Positions 52,679 to 62,375 of a stretch of DNA of 63,753 nucleotides are shown here, one piece after another (positions within the stretch are counted from its first letter, which is position 1; each line of letters begins with the position of its first letter). The notes beneath the pieces are model-generated. The model saw only the letters and a list, made by a program, of their open reading frames with translations. It was not told the origin of the DNA and made no database searches. Position numbers and translations under genes: made by a program. Origin of the DNA: Candidatus Nanoarchaeia archaeon (GTDB lineage: Archaea; Nanobdellota; Nanobdellia; Woesearchaeales; JAQUVJ01); NCBI GenBank assembly GCA_028693395.1, contig JAQUVJ010000002.1, positions 1-63,753 of the forward strand, written 5' to 3'.

Positions 52679-53266
52679 TTAATATGATTCAATAAAATTT
52701 ATAGTTAAAATAGTTTCTTCTTTAACAAAGTCATTTATATCACCAGTTCTAACTACATCGGTTATATCACCAGTTCTAACTACATCGGTTATATCACCAG
52801 TTCTAACTACATCGGATATATCATCTTGAGTTATAACATTTGTATTAACTAAAGTGTTTATTTCTGTTACATTTACCCATCCATATTCAATTCCTTGATA
52901 AACAAAAAGACCGCCAGAATTAGGGATATCTAAAACAATATCTTCTTCACTACTTTCAATCTTTTTACCATTTCTATCAATAGTTTGAGTACCAGATAAA
53001 TTTTTCCATCCGATTTGATCACCAATTTCTGGATTTAAAGGTAATGTTAAAGTAATATCACCATGCATAAGATATCCTGTATTGGATTCAGCATCGGTAG
53101 AAATTGTTATGTATTCCCATGATAGACCACCTTTGCCTCCTCCAGTATTTAATTCTTCAACATTAACACCATTTATTTTACTTACATATATATCTTTCCA
53201 CTTTTTTTGAATTGTTCCTAATGTTTGTAAATTATCGACGTTAGGAACAATATTTCTATAATCCAT
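52679..53266 (-). CDS. tail-fibre-like protein with 9-aa tandem repeats
   Basis: GGGGA RBS 7 nt before ATG 53266; DITDVVRTG x3 from 27-bp DNA repeats at 52739-52820. Confidence 0.55.
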   Translation of the reverse strand: MDYRNIVPNVDNLQTLGTIQKKWKDIYVSKINGVNVEELNTGGGKGGLSWEYITISTDAESNTGYLMHGDITLTLPLNPEIGDQIGWKNLSGTQTIDRNGKKIESSEEDIVLDIPNSGGLFVYQGIEYGWVNVTEINTLVNTNVITQDDISDVVRTGDITDVVRTGDITDVVRTGDINDFVKEETILTINFIESY

Positions 53267-53347
53267 AAAATAATCCCCACTTCCATAAAAAATCATTCTA
53301 TTATTAATTTTGATTTTTTCTTTCTATTTACTTTTTAAAAAAACTTG

Positions 53348-53376
53348 TTGACTTCTTAAATAATCTATGATATAAT
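53348..53376 (+). promoter_or_regulatory. sigma70-type promoter
   Basis: TTGACT-17 nt-TGA-TATAAT. Confidence 0.7.
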
Positions 53377-53413
53377 CATTTTGTTATAACAAATTGAAAG
53401 GAAGTTGATTGTG

Positions 53414-53587
53414 ATGAATGTAGTAACAGCAGGAGAAAAAGGTAAGGCCGGAGTTCTAGTAGGGGAATTTGAAAATCTAAAATACAGTAAAATGAAAGCT
53501 GGAATGGCAAGAAAATCTTATGGTTCGGGTGGATGGTCGGAAATTAAAACTCCTGATGGTGAAGTTATTAGAGTAGATAATCCTTAA
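53414..53587 (+). CDS. hypothetical protein, 57 aa
   Basis: AGGAAG RBS 9 nt before ATG 53414. Confidence 0.5.
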   Translation: MNVVTAGEKGKAGVLVGEFENLKYSKMKAGMARKSYGSGGWSEIKTPDGEVIRVDNP

Positions 53588-53599
53588 AACTTGAACTTA

Positions 53600-53631
53600 A
53601 AACTCTCTCATTTAAACGAGAGAGTTTTTTT
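53600..53631 (+). terminator. intrinsic terminator
   Basis: AACTCTCTC/GAGAGAGTT stem then T7. Confidence 0.8.
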
Positions 53632-53639
53632 ATATCCTA

Positions 53640-53668
53640 TTTACTTTTTTTAGAAACTATGATATAAT
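53640..53668 (+). promoter_or_regulatory. sigma70-type promoter
   Basis: TTTACT-17 nt-TGA-TATAAT. Confidence 0.6.
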
Positions 53669-53694
53669 AGATATATGAAAGGATTTGATTAAAT

Positions 53695-54027
53695 ATGAAA
53701 AAACTAGATATAATTGATGTTGTTAAAGATTTAATTGATAGCACAAAAATTCTTTTAAAAAAAGATTTTAAAAATACATGTTCTCATGATGAAGTTTATA
53801 GAGGTGGTGCAATTTGGACTATTTGTAGTCAATGTGGAAAAAAATGGGCTGATGATGAAGGTGGAATGTCAGAATATCAAGATCCAGAAGAATGGGATGA
53901 TGCTCAAAAAGCTATTGATAATGGTGAAGAATTATTAAAACGACTAGAAGAATTTGTTAAAGCTAGATATGGCATTTCTTATAGAGCTATTACAAAAAAT
54001 GATGGAAAGGACTGTTTAAATGACTAG
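53695..54027 (+). CDS. hypothetical protein (CxxC)
   Basis: 110-aa ORF. Confidence 0.6.
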   Translation: MKKLDIIDVVKDLIDSTKILLKKDFKNTCSHDEVYRGGAIWTICSQCGKKWADDEGGMSEYQDPEEWDDAQKAIDNGEELLKRLEEFVKARYGISYRAITKNDGKDCLND

Positions 54028-54811
54028 TGCAAATTATGAAATGTGTACTGATCCTCTTGATATGGAAAATTCTGAAATATTAGGTGATGGTGAAGATATT
54101 TATACTGAAGAAGAAATAGAAGAACTTAATAAAAAGGAAAAAGAAGCGGCATTTTCTGAATATTTTAATAAGCTAAATAATATTCCTATTAGTGATGATT
54201 TTAAGCATAAACTAATTGAAGTTGTTTTAATGTTACTTAATAAAGGGCATAGTGGTAGTTCATATGATTATACAGTTAGTAGGATTTTATATTATCTATA
54301 TAAAAATATTTCTTTAGAAAAAATTAAAACGGACTTACCTGAATATTATAAAGAAGATGCTGATTCATTTGAAAGAACAATTGCAGAAAATATTATTGAT
54401 GTAATAGAAAAATTTAGGTCTTATTTTAATAATCCACAATATTCAATGTTTTTTATTGATCTTCTTCAGAAATTATTTTATCATAATCCAATTAATAAAT
54501 ATATTACATTTGAAGATGATAAATGGGGAGAGAATACTTTTAATCTTGATAAATCTGTTAAACATTCACTTTATCAGCATAAGGAATCTAGTGATGTTTT
54601 TAAAGAAGTTGATGAAGATGGTAAAATAAATATTTTCCAGATAGGTTATTTTATTTTTGAAGATGAAGATGGTTATACGTATACCAATGGGAATAGCATA
54701 ATTGATTTAAATGATTATGATTATTGGCATCCACATTCTATATTAGTAACAAAAGATATTGTTCAAAGATTAATAAACGAATATAGAAGTCATAATGTTC
54801 TATTTAATTAA
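54020..54811 (+). CDS. hypothetical protein
   Basis: 263-aa ORF. Confidence 0.6.
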   Translation: MTSANYEMCTDPLDMENSEILGDGEDIYTEEEIEELNKKEKEAAFSEYFNKLNNIPISDDFKHKLIEVVLMLLNKGHSGSSYDYTVSRILYYLYKNISLEKIKTDLPEYYKEDADSFERTIAENIIDVIEKFRSYFNNPQYSMFFIDLLQKLFYHNPINKYITFEDDKWGENTFNLDKSVKHSLYQHKESSDVFKEVDEDGKINIFQIGYFIFEDEDGYTYTNGNSIIDLNDYDYWHPHSILVTKDIVQRLINEYRSHNVLFN

Positions 54812-54826
54812 AAGGGGGACTTTAAT

Positions 54827-55381
54827 ATGATAGAAAGTTTACAGCGTGATGATTGTTTAGTAGTGATTGATTATCAAAAAGATTTTGTAGATGGTCTTCT
54901 TCCATGTAATCAGCCAGCTAAAGATATTGAAAATTTTATAATTGAATGTGTAGAAGAATTTCACAGTATTAATAATGAAGGAAATGTTATTATTACATTG
55001 GATACTCATGAAATTCCTAAATATACAATTTCAAATGAAGGTAAATATTATCCAAAACATTGCGAAAAATATACCGAAGGTTGGTTGCCTTATGGTAAAC
55101 TAAAAAATTATATGAATTATACAAATACACATGTAATAGAAAAAGATACTTTTGGATCTATTCATTTAGTTAATTACCTTCATACTAACATGAAATTTAA
55201 AAATATTTATGTTACTGGTGTTGCAACTAATGTGTGTGTTTTGCATAATGTAATTTTAATGTATAATATGCTTCCAGATGTTAAAATTAATGTTCTAGCT
55301 AAAGGGTGCGCCTCTTTTGATGAAACATTGCATAAACAAGCATTAAAATTAATGGAAGGTTTTGTTAACGTAATTTATTAG
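54827..55381 (+). CDS. pncA: nicotinamidase / isochorismatase-family hydrolase
   Basis: LVVIDYQKDFV (Asp), later Lys, VTGVATNVCVLHN (nucleophile Cys). Confidence 0.7.
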   Translation: MIESLQRDDCLVVIDYQKDFVDGLLPCNQPAKDIENFIIECVEEFHSINNEGNVIITLDTHEIPKYTISNEGKYYPKHCEKYTEGWLPYGKLKNYMNYTNTHVIEKDTFGSIHLVNYLHTNMKFKNIYVTGVATNVCVLHNVILMYNMLPDVKINVLAKGCASFDETLHKQALKLMEGFVNVIY

Positions 55382-55434
55382 ATTATTATAAGGGTTGAAA
55401 TTTAAATTTCAACCCTTATAATTTTTAGAAAGGG

Positions 55435-56376
55435 TTGATGAAATTGATTAAAATAAATGGAAATGTTATTGAAAACACAAATTATCCTAATGGTGAAATT
55501 AAATTAAATACAAAAAGTATCGTAGATTTTATATATGATTCTCGTATGATATCATCAAACTCTGAAAATAAGAATATAATTAGTTTTTATCCATACAATC
55601 CTAATGATATTTTAGAATTAGTATTTACTACTAATTATATAAAACAATGTTATAATAATATATTTTCTGAATTTATACTTGATATTAAATATTTACCATA
55701 TTCGAGAATGGATAGAATTAAAAATCTAAAAAATGATGTATTTTCTTTAAAATATTATTGCGATATAATCAATAATCTAGGTTATAGTAAAATACAAGTA
55801 GAAGATTGTCATTCTGATGTTGGGGTTGCATTACTAAATAATAGTATAAATGTGAATTCATTTATGTATAAATTTAAAAATACATATTTAAATGTATATG
55901 ATGAATCTTTATTAAAAGGTGATTTTTATATTGATGCTGAAAGATTAAATATACATGAAATTATGCAAAAACATACTTATATAGTTTATCCAGATACTAC
56001 TGCAATTAAAAGATATAGTGAAATGTTTAAAGAATATAAAAAAATAATTTCATTTAAAAATAGAAATTGGGAAACTGGAAAAATTGAATCTATCGAAGTT
56101 ATAAATAGTAATAAGGAATCTATAACTAAAAATTCAATTGCTTGTATTGTTGATGATATATGTAGTTATGGTGGAACTTTTATTGGAGTTTCTGAAAAGT
56201 TGCGTGAAATGGGTTTTGGAACTATAGTATTAGCTGTTACACATTGTGAAAATAGTATATTTTCAGGAAACATATTTAATGAAAATTCATATATAAATTA
56301 TGTAATTACTTCCAATTCTATATTGAATCCAAAAAATGTTGAATGCTTAAATAAATTAACAATAATGGAAATTTAA
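55435..56376 (+). CDS. ribose-phosphate pyrophosphokinase-like (Prs or ADPR-pyrophosphokinase)
   Basis: YPNGE, YLPYSRMDR, EDCHSD, PRPP-loop IVDDICSYGGTF; divergent from housekeeping Prs; start TTG 55435 or ATG 55438. Confidence 0.7.
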   Translation: MMKLIKINGNVIENTNYPNGEIKLNTKSIVDFIYDSRMISSNSENKNIISFYPYNPNDILELVFTTNYIKQCYNNIFSEFILDIKYLPYSRMDRIKNLKNDVFSLKYYCDIINNLGYSKIQVEDCHSDVGVALLNNSINVNSFMYKFKNTYLNVYDESLLKGDFYIDAERLNIHEIMQKHTYIVYPDTTAIKRYSEMFKEYKKIISFKNRNWETGKIESIEVINSNKESITKNSIACIVDDICSYGGTFIGVSEKLREMGFGTIVLAVTHCENSIFSGNIFNENSYINYVITSNSILNPKNVECLNKLTIMEI

Positions 56377-56392
56377 TGGAAAGGTCTGATTA

Positions 56393-57886
56393 TTGATGTT
56401 TGATTACAACCCAATGCTTTTGACAGACTTTTATAAAACAATACATTATAAATTATACCCAGAAAATTCTAATAAAATATATTCTTATTGGATACCAAGA
56501 CAAAGTAGATTAGAATATGATAAAGTTGTAGTTTTTGGTATTCAAGCATTTATTCAAGAATATTTAATTGATTATTTTAATAAATATTTTTTTGAAAAAG
56601 ATATAAATGAAATTTTACGAGAGTATATGAGATTAATAGAATATACTTTTAATTCAAATATTATTATTGAAGATTTAAATCATATTAAAAAACTTCATAA
56701 ATTGGGATATCTACCATTAGAAATTAAAGCTATTAAAGAGGGATCGTTAGTAAATATAGGAATACCAATTATTGAAGTAAGTAATACAGATAATGAATAT
56801 TTTTGGCTTGTTAATTATTTAGAAACTTTATTATCTTCTTCTATTTGGCATCCTATGACATCAGCAACTATATCATATATGTTTAGAAATATTGTAAATA
56901 AATATTATAATATTTCATCTGATATTAAAACTAAACATGGTGCTATGGGTGATTTTTCTTTAAGAGGTCAAACATCTATTAATTCGGGTATAGCTTCAAG
57001 TGCAGCATTTTTAACATCATTTTCTAAAACAGCAACGATACCTTCAATTCTATATCTTGAAAAATATTACAATTGCGATATTAAAAGTGAAATTGTTGGT
57101 ACGGGAACACCTTCTACTGAACACTCCGTAATGTGTTCTTATGGTAAAGAAAATGAATTTGAAGTATATGAAAAAATACTAGATATCTATAAATCTGGTC
57201 CTATAAGTATAGTTTCAGATACTTATGATTATTGGAATGTTTTAACTAATTTTATTCCTAGATTAAAAGATAAAATAATGTTAAGAAAGGGTAAAGTTTT
57301 AATACGTGGTGATAGTGGTAACCCTGTTGATATTGTATGTGGCAATGAATATTCAGATAATATTAATGAAAGAAAAGGAACGGTGGAAATTTTATGGGAT
57401 TTATTTGGTGGCACAATAAATTCAAAAGGATATAAAGTTTTAGATTCACATATAGGGTGTATTTATGGCGACGCAATTACTTTACAAAGAGCAGAAGAAA
57501 TATATACAAAATTGATAAATAAAGGTTTCTCTGTTGAAAATGTAGCTTTAGGTGTTGGTTCTTATAGTTTACAATACGTAACTAGAGATACTTTTGGGTT
57601 TGCTATGAAAGCTACACATCTTGAATATAAAAATAACGAATTTATAGCATTATTTAAAGACCCAATAACAAGTAAAGATACAGTAAAAAAATCTCCAAAA
57701 GGAATATGCTATGTATATAAAATTGGAGAGCAATATCATTTAATGGATAATTTTAATTCTGAAAGTATTAAATTAGTAGAATACAATAATCAATTAGAAA
57801 CTATTTTTAAGAATGGTGTTATAATGAGAAAACAATCATTAAAAAATATTAGAAATATTTTACATTCATACTCTGGAGGATTTTAA
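56393..57886 (+). CDS. nadV: nicotinamide phosphoribosyltransferase-like (NAMPT/NadV or Namat)
   Basis: NPMLLTDFYKTIHY N-terminus typical of NAMPT; about 495 aa; GDFSLRGQTS; adjacent to Prs-like gene. Confidence 0.8.
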   Translation: MMFDYNPMLLTDFYKTIHYKLYPENSNKIYSYWIPRQSRLEYDKVVVFGIQAFIQEYLIDYFNKYFFEKDINEILREYMRLIEYTFNSNIIIEDLNHIKKLHKLGYLPLEIKAIKEGSLVNIGIPIIEVSNTDNEYFWLVNYLETLLSSSIWHPMTSATISYMFRNIVNKYYNISSDIKTKHGAMGDFSLRGQTSINSGIASSAAFLTSFSKTATIPSILYLEKYYNCDIKSEIVGTGTPSTEHSVMCSYGKENEFEVYEKILDIYKSGPISIVSDTYDYWNVLTNFIPRLKDKIMLRKGKVLIRGDSGNPVDIVCGNEYSDNINERKGTVEILWDLFGGTINSKGYKVLDSHIGCIYGDAITLQRAEEIYTKLINKGFSVENVALGVGSYSLQYVTRDTFGFAMKATHLEYKNNEFIALFKDPITSKDTVKKSPKGICYVYKIGEQYHLMDNFNSESIKLVEYNNQLETIFKNGVIMRKQSLKNIRNILHSYSGGF

Positions 57887-57887
57887 A

Positions 57888-58631
57888 ATGATAGTAAATT
57901 TTGAACTTGTTAAAAAGATTAAAAGTTGGATTAAAGAATATTTTGATAACAATTCAAATAGTCAAGTAGGTCCAAAAGCTATTATTGGTATTTCTGGTGG
58001 TAAAGATAGTGCTGTATGCGCTAAACTATTGTGTGATACAATTGGCCCAGAAAACGTGACATGTGTATTGATGATGTCAGAAGAAACAAAAAAAGATATG
58101 GATTATGCAATTGAATTTGTTACTTCTTATTTAAAAGCTAATATTGTTTTAATTGATCCAAAATATATTTCTGAATTAAAAAAATTATTTAAAATGACAA
58201 TAGATGATAATTTATCAGAACAAGCATCTATTAATATTACACCTAGAATACGAATGACTATTCTTTATATGTTAGCAAGTACTTTACATGCTAGAGTATG
58301 TGGGACTGGTAACTTGTCTGAAAGAACTGTTGGTTATTTTACAAAATGGGGCGATGGAGCTTGTGATTTTAATCCTATTGGCAATTTAACATGCACAGAA
58401 GTTTTAGAAATTGGTAATATTTTAGAAATTCCATCTTATATAATGAATAGACAACCAGAAGATGGTGTTTCTGGAAAAACAGATGAAGAAAACATGGGAT
58501 TTTCTTATAAAGAATTAGATGATTATATAAGAAAAACTAATTTTGCTTCATTTAATTATCCAAAAATACTTATTATGGAAAAAGCAAATCGTCATAAAAA
58601 TAATCCAATTCCAATGTTTGAAATTAATTAA
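57888..58631 (+). CDS. nadE: NH3-dependent NAD+ synthetase
   Basis: PP-loop GISGGKDSAV; FTKWGDGACDFNPIG typical of NadE. Confidence 0.8.
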   Translation: MIVNFELVKKIKSWIKEYFDNNSNSQVGPKAIIGISGGKDSAVCAKLLCDTIGPENVTCVLMMSEETKKDMDYAIEFVTSYLKANIVLIDPKYISELKKLFKMTIDDNLSEQASINITPRIRMTILYMLASTLHARVCGTGNLSERTVGYFTKWGDGACDFNPIGNLTCTEVLEIGNILEIPSYIMNRQPEDGVSGKTDEENMGFSYKELDDYIRKTNFASFNYPKILIMEKANRHKNNPIPMFEIN

Positions 58632-58640
58632 GATTTGAAA

Positions 58641-58670
58641 AAGTAGATTCTTTAGGGGTCTACTTTTTTT
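58641..58670 (+). terminator. intrinsic terminator
   Basis: AAGTAGA/TCTACTT stem then T7. Confidence 0.7.
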
Positions 58671-58671
58671 A

Positions 58672-58700
58672 TTGACAGATTACTAATTTTATGATATAAT
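58672..58700 (+). promoter_or_regulatory. consensus sigma70 promoter
   Basis: TTGACA-17 nt-TGA-TATAAT. Confidence 0.75.
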
Positions 58701-58725
58701 CTATATAGAAAGGAAGTGTTTGAAA

Positions 58726-59817
58726 TTGAATTCTAAAGATTATTTGAATATCCCTACATATGATGAGTGTATGTCATTAGTAGAATCAAACCCAGATGCT
58801 TTTATAACCAAAGATGAAAATGTAGATGGTATTGATGTAACTACATTCGGTTATCGACTTGCATCATATTCTGATTTTACTCTTAATGGTGCTAGAAATA
58901 TGAGAGGAATTACATTTAGAAAAGACACTAAAAAACTCATTGCTCTTCCTTTTCATAAGTTTTTTAATTATAATGAGAATCCTTATACAATGGACGAATC
59001 AATTAAAAATAAAAATATTGTGAGAATTACAGAAAAATATGATGGCTCTCTTATTTATTTTTTTATAATAAATGGAAAACTATATGCTAAAACAAAAATG
59101 AATTGTTTTAGTGAACAATCTGAATGGGCCATGAAAATTGTAGAAAACATTTCCTTGCTTAAAAAGGGCATTATTGATCTTATAAATAAAGGATTCACAC
59201 CTATGTTTGAATTTATCTCGCCTAGAAATCAAATAGTTATTCTTTATTCATCAGAAGAACTTGTATATCTCGGTGCTAGAAATATGAATACAGGCGAATA
59301 TAATTTTGAATATAAAATGAAAGATTGTAAAAATGCCGAATATCTTCCTTTTGATTCTATTGAAACTTTAAATAAAATTCTTAAAGATTATTATGGTCAT
59401 GAAGGTGTTGTTGTAACTTTTGAAGATGGTGATATGGTAAAATTCAAAACATCTGAATATTTTAATCTTCATAAAGTTAAAGAAAATATTTATAATGAAA
59501 AGGCTATAGCTAATCTAATTCTTAATGAAAAAATAGATGATATAAAAGCTGCATTTTCGACATCGAAAGAATTAGTTGATTATATTGAAGATATGGAATT
59601 TAAAATTAAAAAACATTATTTTAAATTAATTAATCATGCACAGAAGTTTTATAATTTTAATAAAGAACTTGATAGGAAAAATTATGCTATCAATGGTCAA
59701 AAAGAACTTTCTAAAATAGAATTTGGTCTTGCTATGGAATTTTATCTTAATGGAATGTATGATATTGAAAAATTTAAGGAACGATTTATTGATAAAAAAA
59801 TGTGGGAAGAAGAATAA
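58726..59817 (+). CDS. rnlA: RNA ligase 1 (T4 RnlA family)
   Basis: FGYRLASYSDF, NMRGITF, FHKFFNYNENPYTM, TEKYDGSL (ligase Lys), PMFEFISPRNQIVILY parallel T4 Rnl1; TTG 58726 is better spaced from AGGAAG than the track start 58720. Confidence 0.85.
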   Translation: MNSKDYLNIPTYDECMSLVESNPDAFITKDENVDGIDVTTFGYRLASYSDFTLNGARNMRGITFRKDTKKLIALPFHKFFNYNENPYTMDESIKNKNIVRITEKYDGSLIYFFIINGKLYAKTKMNCFSEQSEWAMKIVENISLLKKGIIDLINKGFTPMFEFISPRNQIVILYSSEELVYLGARNMNTGEYNFEYKMKDCKNAEYLPFDSIETLNKILKDYYGHEGVVVTFEDGDMVKFKTSEYFNLHKVKENIYNEKAIANLILNEKIDDIKAAFSTSKELVDYIEDMEFKIKKHYFKLINHAQKFYNFNKELDRKNYAINGQKELSKIEFGLAMEFYLNGMYDIEKFKERFIDKKMWEEE

Positions 59818-59834
59818 TTGAAAGGTAGTGATAA

Positions 59835-60326
59835 TTGATGAATATTGATAGTATGGATTATTCAAAACGGATTAAATTTCTTGAAACATATTTAGTTTTG
59901 ACAGGTAATGAATCGCATTTAAATAATTATGTATCAAAATTTTCTTTAAGTAAAAAAGAAAAGTTTAAAGTTAATGCTATTTTAATGGAAAATTGGCTTA
60001 AAAAATCTTCTGATGAAATTAAATTTATTAAAAAAGAACTTAAAAATCTTGTTCTCATAATGAAAAAACACTCACGTCGAAATGGATTTGACGTACAATA
60101 TTATAATTATAAAAAACAATTTTCAGATTGTCAAAGTAAATTGTCTAAAATACAAAAAGAGCATCGTCTTGTTTCAGTTCTTCATTGTGTTTATTGGAAT
60201 AATTTTATTCCAGAGATTAATGCAAAAAAGAATTTGAATTGGATTCATCTAGCAATGTATACTCAAGATTTAAAAATTGATAATATTGACCGAATTAAAA
60301 ATTTTATTAAACAATTAAAATCATGA
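59835..60326 (+). CDS. hypothetical protein
   Basis: 163-aa ORF. Confidence 0.6.
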   Translation: MMNIDSMDYSKRIKFLETYLVLTGNESHLNNYVSKFSLSKKEKFKVNAILMENWLKKSSDEIKFIKKELKNLVLIMKKHSRRNGFDVQYYNYKKQFSDCQSKLSKIQKEHRLVSVLHCVYWNNFIPEINAKKNLNWIHLAMYTQDLKIDNIDRIKNFIKQLKS

Positions 60327-60679
60327 TTAAAATAAACGAAGCATCTCTTAAACCTAAACGCATTATTTCTTATTATTATGACGGAAATATGAAAAATTTA
60401 GAAGAATTTATAACTTTAATCAATAAACGAGCAGATCCTAGTGCTTTAAGATTTTTTATTGATAAAAGTGAAAATGAAATTATAAATGATTCTATTTTAG
60501 ATAACTGTCATTATTGGTGTTGTTCTTTTGTGAAAGGTCAATATATTTGTGCTGACTTTAAAGATTTAGATTTTGATTTATGTTCAGATAGTTATTATCG
60601 TGATGTTAATATATTTTCTATTGATGAAGATGAATTTAATTGGCGTTATGATATTAAAAAAAGTAAATGGACAGAATAA
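60323..60679 (+). CDS. hypothetical protein
   Basis: 118-aa ORF, ATGA overlap. Confidence 0.6.
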   Translation: MIKINEASLKPKRIISYYYDGNMKNLEEFITLINKRADPSALRFFIDKSENEIINDSILDNCHYWCCSFVKGQYICADFKDLDFDLCSDSYYRDVNIFSIDEDEFNWRYDIKKSKWTE

Positions 60680-60696
60680 GAAAGGATTGATTAATT

Positions 60697-60864
60697 ATGA
60701 GTTTCACTACTTTTAGACTTATTTTTGCAATAATTAGTATTATTATAATTTCTATTAAATTACATCATTTAGCTATTAAACGTAATGAAAATGTAAATAT
60801 TATATATTCATTTTTTGGTGGTTTATCTATAGGTTTTCTTTTTGGAATGTTAACGATTGGTTAA
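60697..60864 (+). CDS. small membrane protein, 55 aa
   Basis: AAAGGA RBS; two hydrophobic segments; below track cutoff. Confidence 0.5.
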   Translation: MSFTTFRLIFAIISIIIISIKLHHLAIKRNENVNIIYSFFGGLSIGFLFGMLTIG

Positions 60865-60921
60865 AATTTATTAATTTTTGTTAAATCATTGAAACTGATT
60901 AAGAAAGGTGTTGAATTATAA

Positions 60922-61290
60922 ATGAGATTTCAGAGTGTTTACGATGAAAAAGGATTTTTAATTTTTGATAATAAGATAATTATTAACAAATTATGTTATG
61001 AGTCAGATGATATTGATAAACTGATTCACAACTTAACACTTTTTGAAAATGATATTGGTGCTTATGGAAAAGTTTTTGAAGGATATGAATGTGGGATGGG
61101 TTGGGATGAAATACAAGAAATTGCATTTATAGAAACGCCTGATATAATTATAATTGGAACTGGATGGGTGACAAATCAAATATTTTTTGATATTTTAAAT
61201 GAATTTTTTGATGAAAAGTTAACAGATTATTTAATTGATATTAATGATGATGGTAATTTATATTGGAGTTTAAATCCTGATGGAAACTAA
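60922..61290 (+). CDS. hypothetical protein
   Basis: 122-aa ORF. Confidence 0.6.
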   Translation: MRFQSVYDEKGFLIFDNKIIINKLCYESDDIDKLIHNLTLFENDIGAYGKVFEGYECGMGWDEIQEIAFIETPDIIIIGTGWVTNQIFFDILNEFFDEKLTDYLIDINDDGNLYWSLNPDGN

Positions 61291-61513
61291 AATTTATTAT
61301 ACTTTAGATTATATTGGACAAAACATTAAAGAATGCCAAGAACTAGAAAAGCAAGGAAAATTAGAAGAAGCAAAAAATAAAGAAAAAGAAATGATTGGAA
61401 AAATAACAAATTCTGAAGGAATATATATTGGATATAATTTATATATGATTGGTAATGGAAAAGTTAGGACTGTTAAAGAAATTGAATTCATAAAAAATAA
61501 AGGTGGAATTTAA
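61280..61513 (+). CDS. hypothetical protein
   Basis: 77-aa ORF. Confidence 0.55.
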   Translation: METKIYYTLDYIGQNIKECQELEKQGKLEEAKNKEKEMIGKITNSEGIYIGYNLYMIGNGKVRTVKEIEFIKNKGGI

Positions 61514-61515
61514 AA

Positions 61516-62013
61516 GTGAAAAAATTTATCATTGCAATTATGTTTGTTATGATGATTTCTAGTACAGCTTTTGGACATGATTATTGCGGTCAAAAATGTA
61601 AAGAAGTTTATAAAGAAAAAAATGATGAAAATACTTATTTTTATGTAGCAGAAGGTTGTGCTGCACATAGAGCATTTCAAGAATTTAAATTATATGAAAT
61701 GGATATAGGCGGTGTTGATGTAGGCTATTTTGTAGATAAAATTAATGAAATTCCTAATCAAACAAATGCTACTGTGATGTGGTTAGCACAAACTCCTAAT
61801 TCAAAGAAACCATTATATGTTAAAATAACTCTTATTCTTCTTGATTTTCCACAGCCAAACATGCAAATGGGAATTGTTATGGATGTTCAATTTAAAAATG
61901 ATGATTATGTGAATTTTGATGTTAAAACAACTTCTGAACTTAGTGGTCGTGGTTATAGGACAAGTACAGTTTATGGATTTTTTGATTTTATGATAGATTA
62001 TCTAGCTGAATAA
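61516..62013 (+). CDS. secreted hypothetical protein
   Basis: Signal peptide MKKFIIAIMFVMMISSTAFG. Confidence 0.6.
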   Translation: MKKFIIAIMFVMMISSTAFGHDYCGQKCKEVYKEKNDENTYFYVAEGCAAHRAFQEFKLYEMDIGGVDVGYFVDKINEIPNQTNATVMWLAQTPNSKKPLYVKITLILLDFPQPNMQMGIVMDVQFKNDDYVNFDVKTTSELSGRGYRTSTVYGFFDFMIDYLAE

Positions 62014-62023
62014 GAAGGGGTGT

Positions 62024-62347
62024 ATGTTAATTTTGGGACATTTTCTTAATAAATTAGCAGATATATATTGTTATTTTTTTGATCATAAAGTTCATACACT
62101 TTTTCATACTGTAATTTATGATGGAAAATTCCCAAAGCATATTTTTGAAACAATTAAAAAAAATGCTTATTGGTCTCCAGAAGAAATAATTGAAGGATGC
62201 TTACAGATTGAAAAAGATGAATTTATAAACTCAAATAATTCTAAAGTTAAAGTTATCTGTAAAGAATGTATTCGTTGTGGAAAGATTTTTGTGGAAGCGG
62301 AAATTTTGGATGATAATGAATTAAAACTACAAGAACCTATTAGTTAA
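62024..62347 (+). CDS. hypothetical protein
   Basis: 107-aa ORF. Confidence 0.55.
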   Translation: MLILGHFLNKLADIYCYFFDHKVHTLFHTVIYDGKFPKHIFETIKKNAYWSPEEIIEGCLQIEKDEFINSNNSKVKVICKECIRCGKIFVEAEILDDNELKLQEPIS

Positions 62348-62375
62348 TAATTTTATTTTTAAAAGGGGTTTTTTT

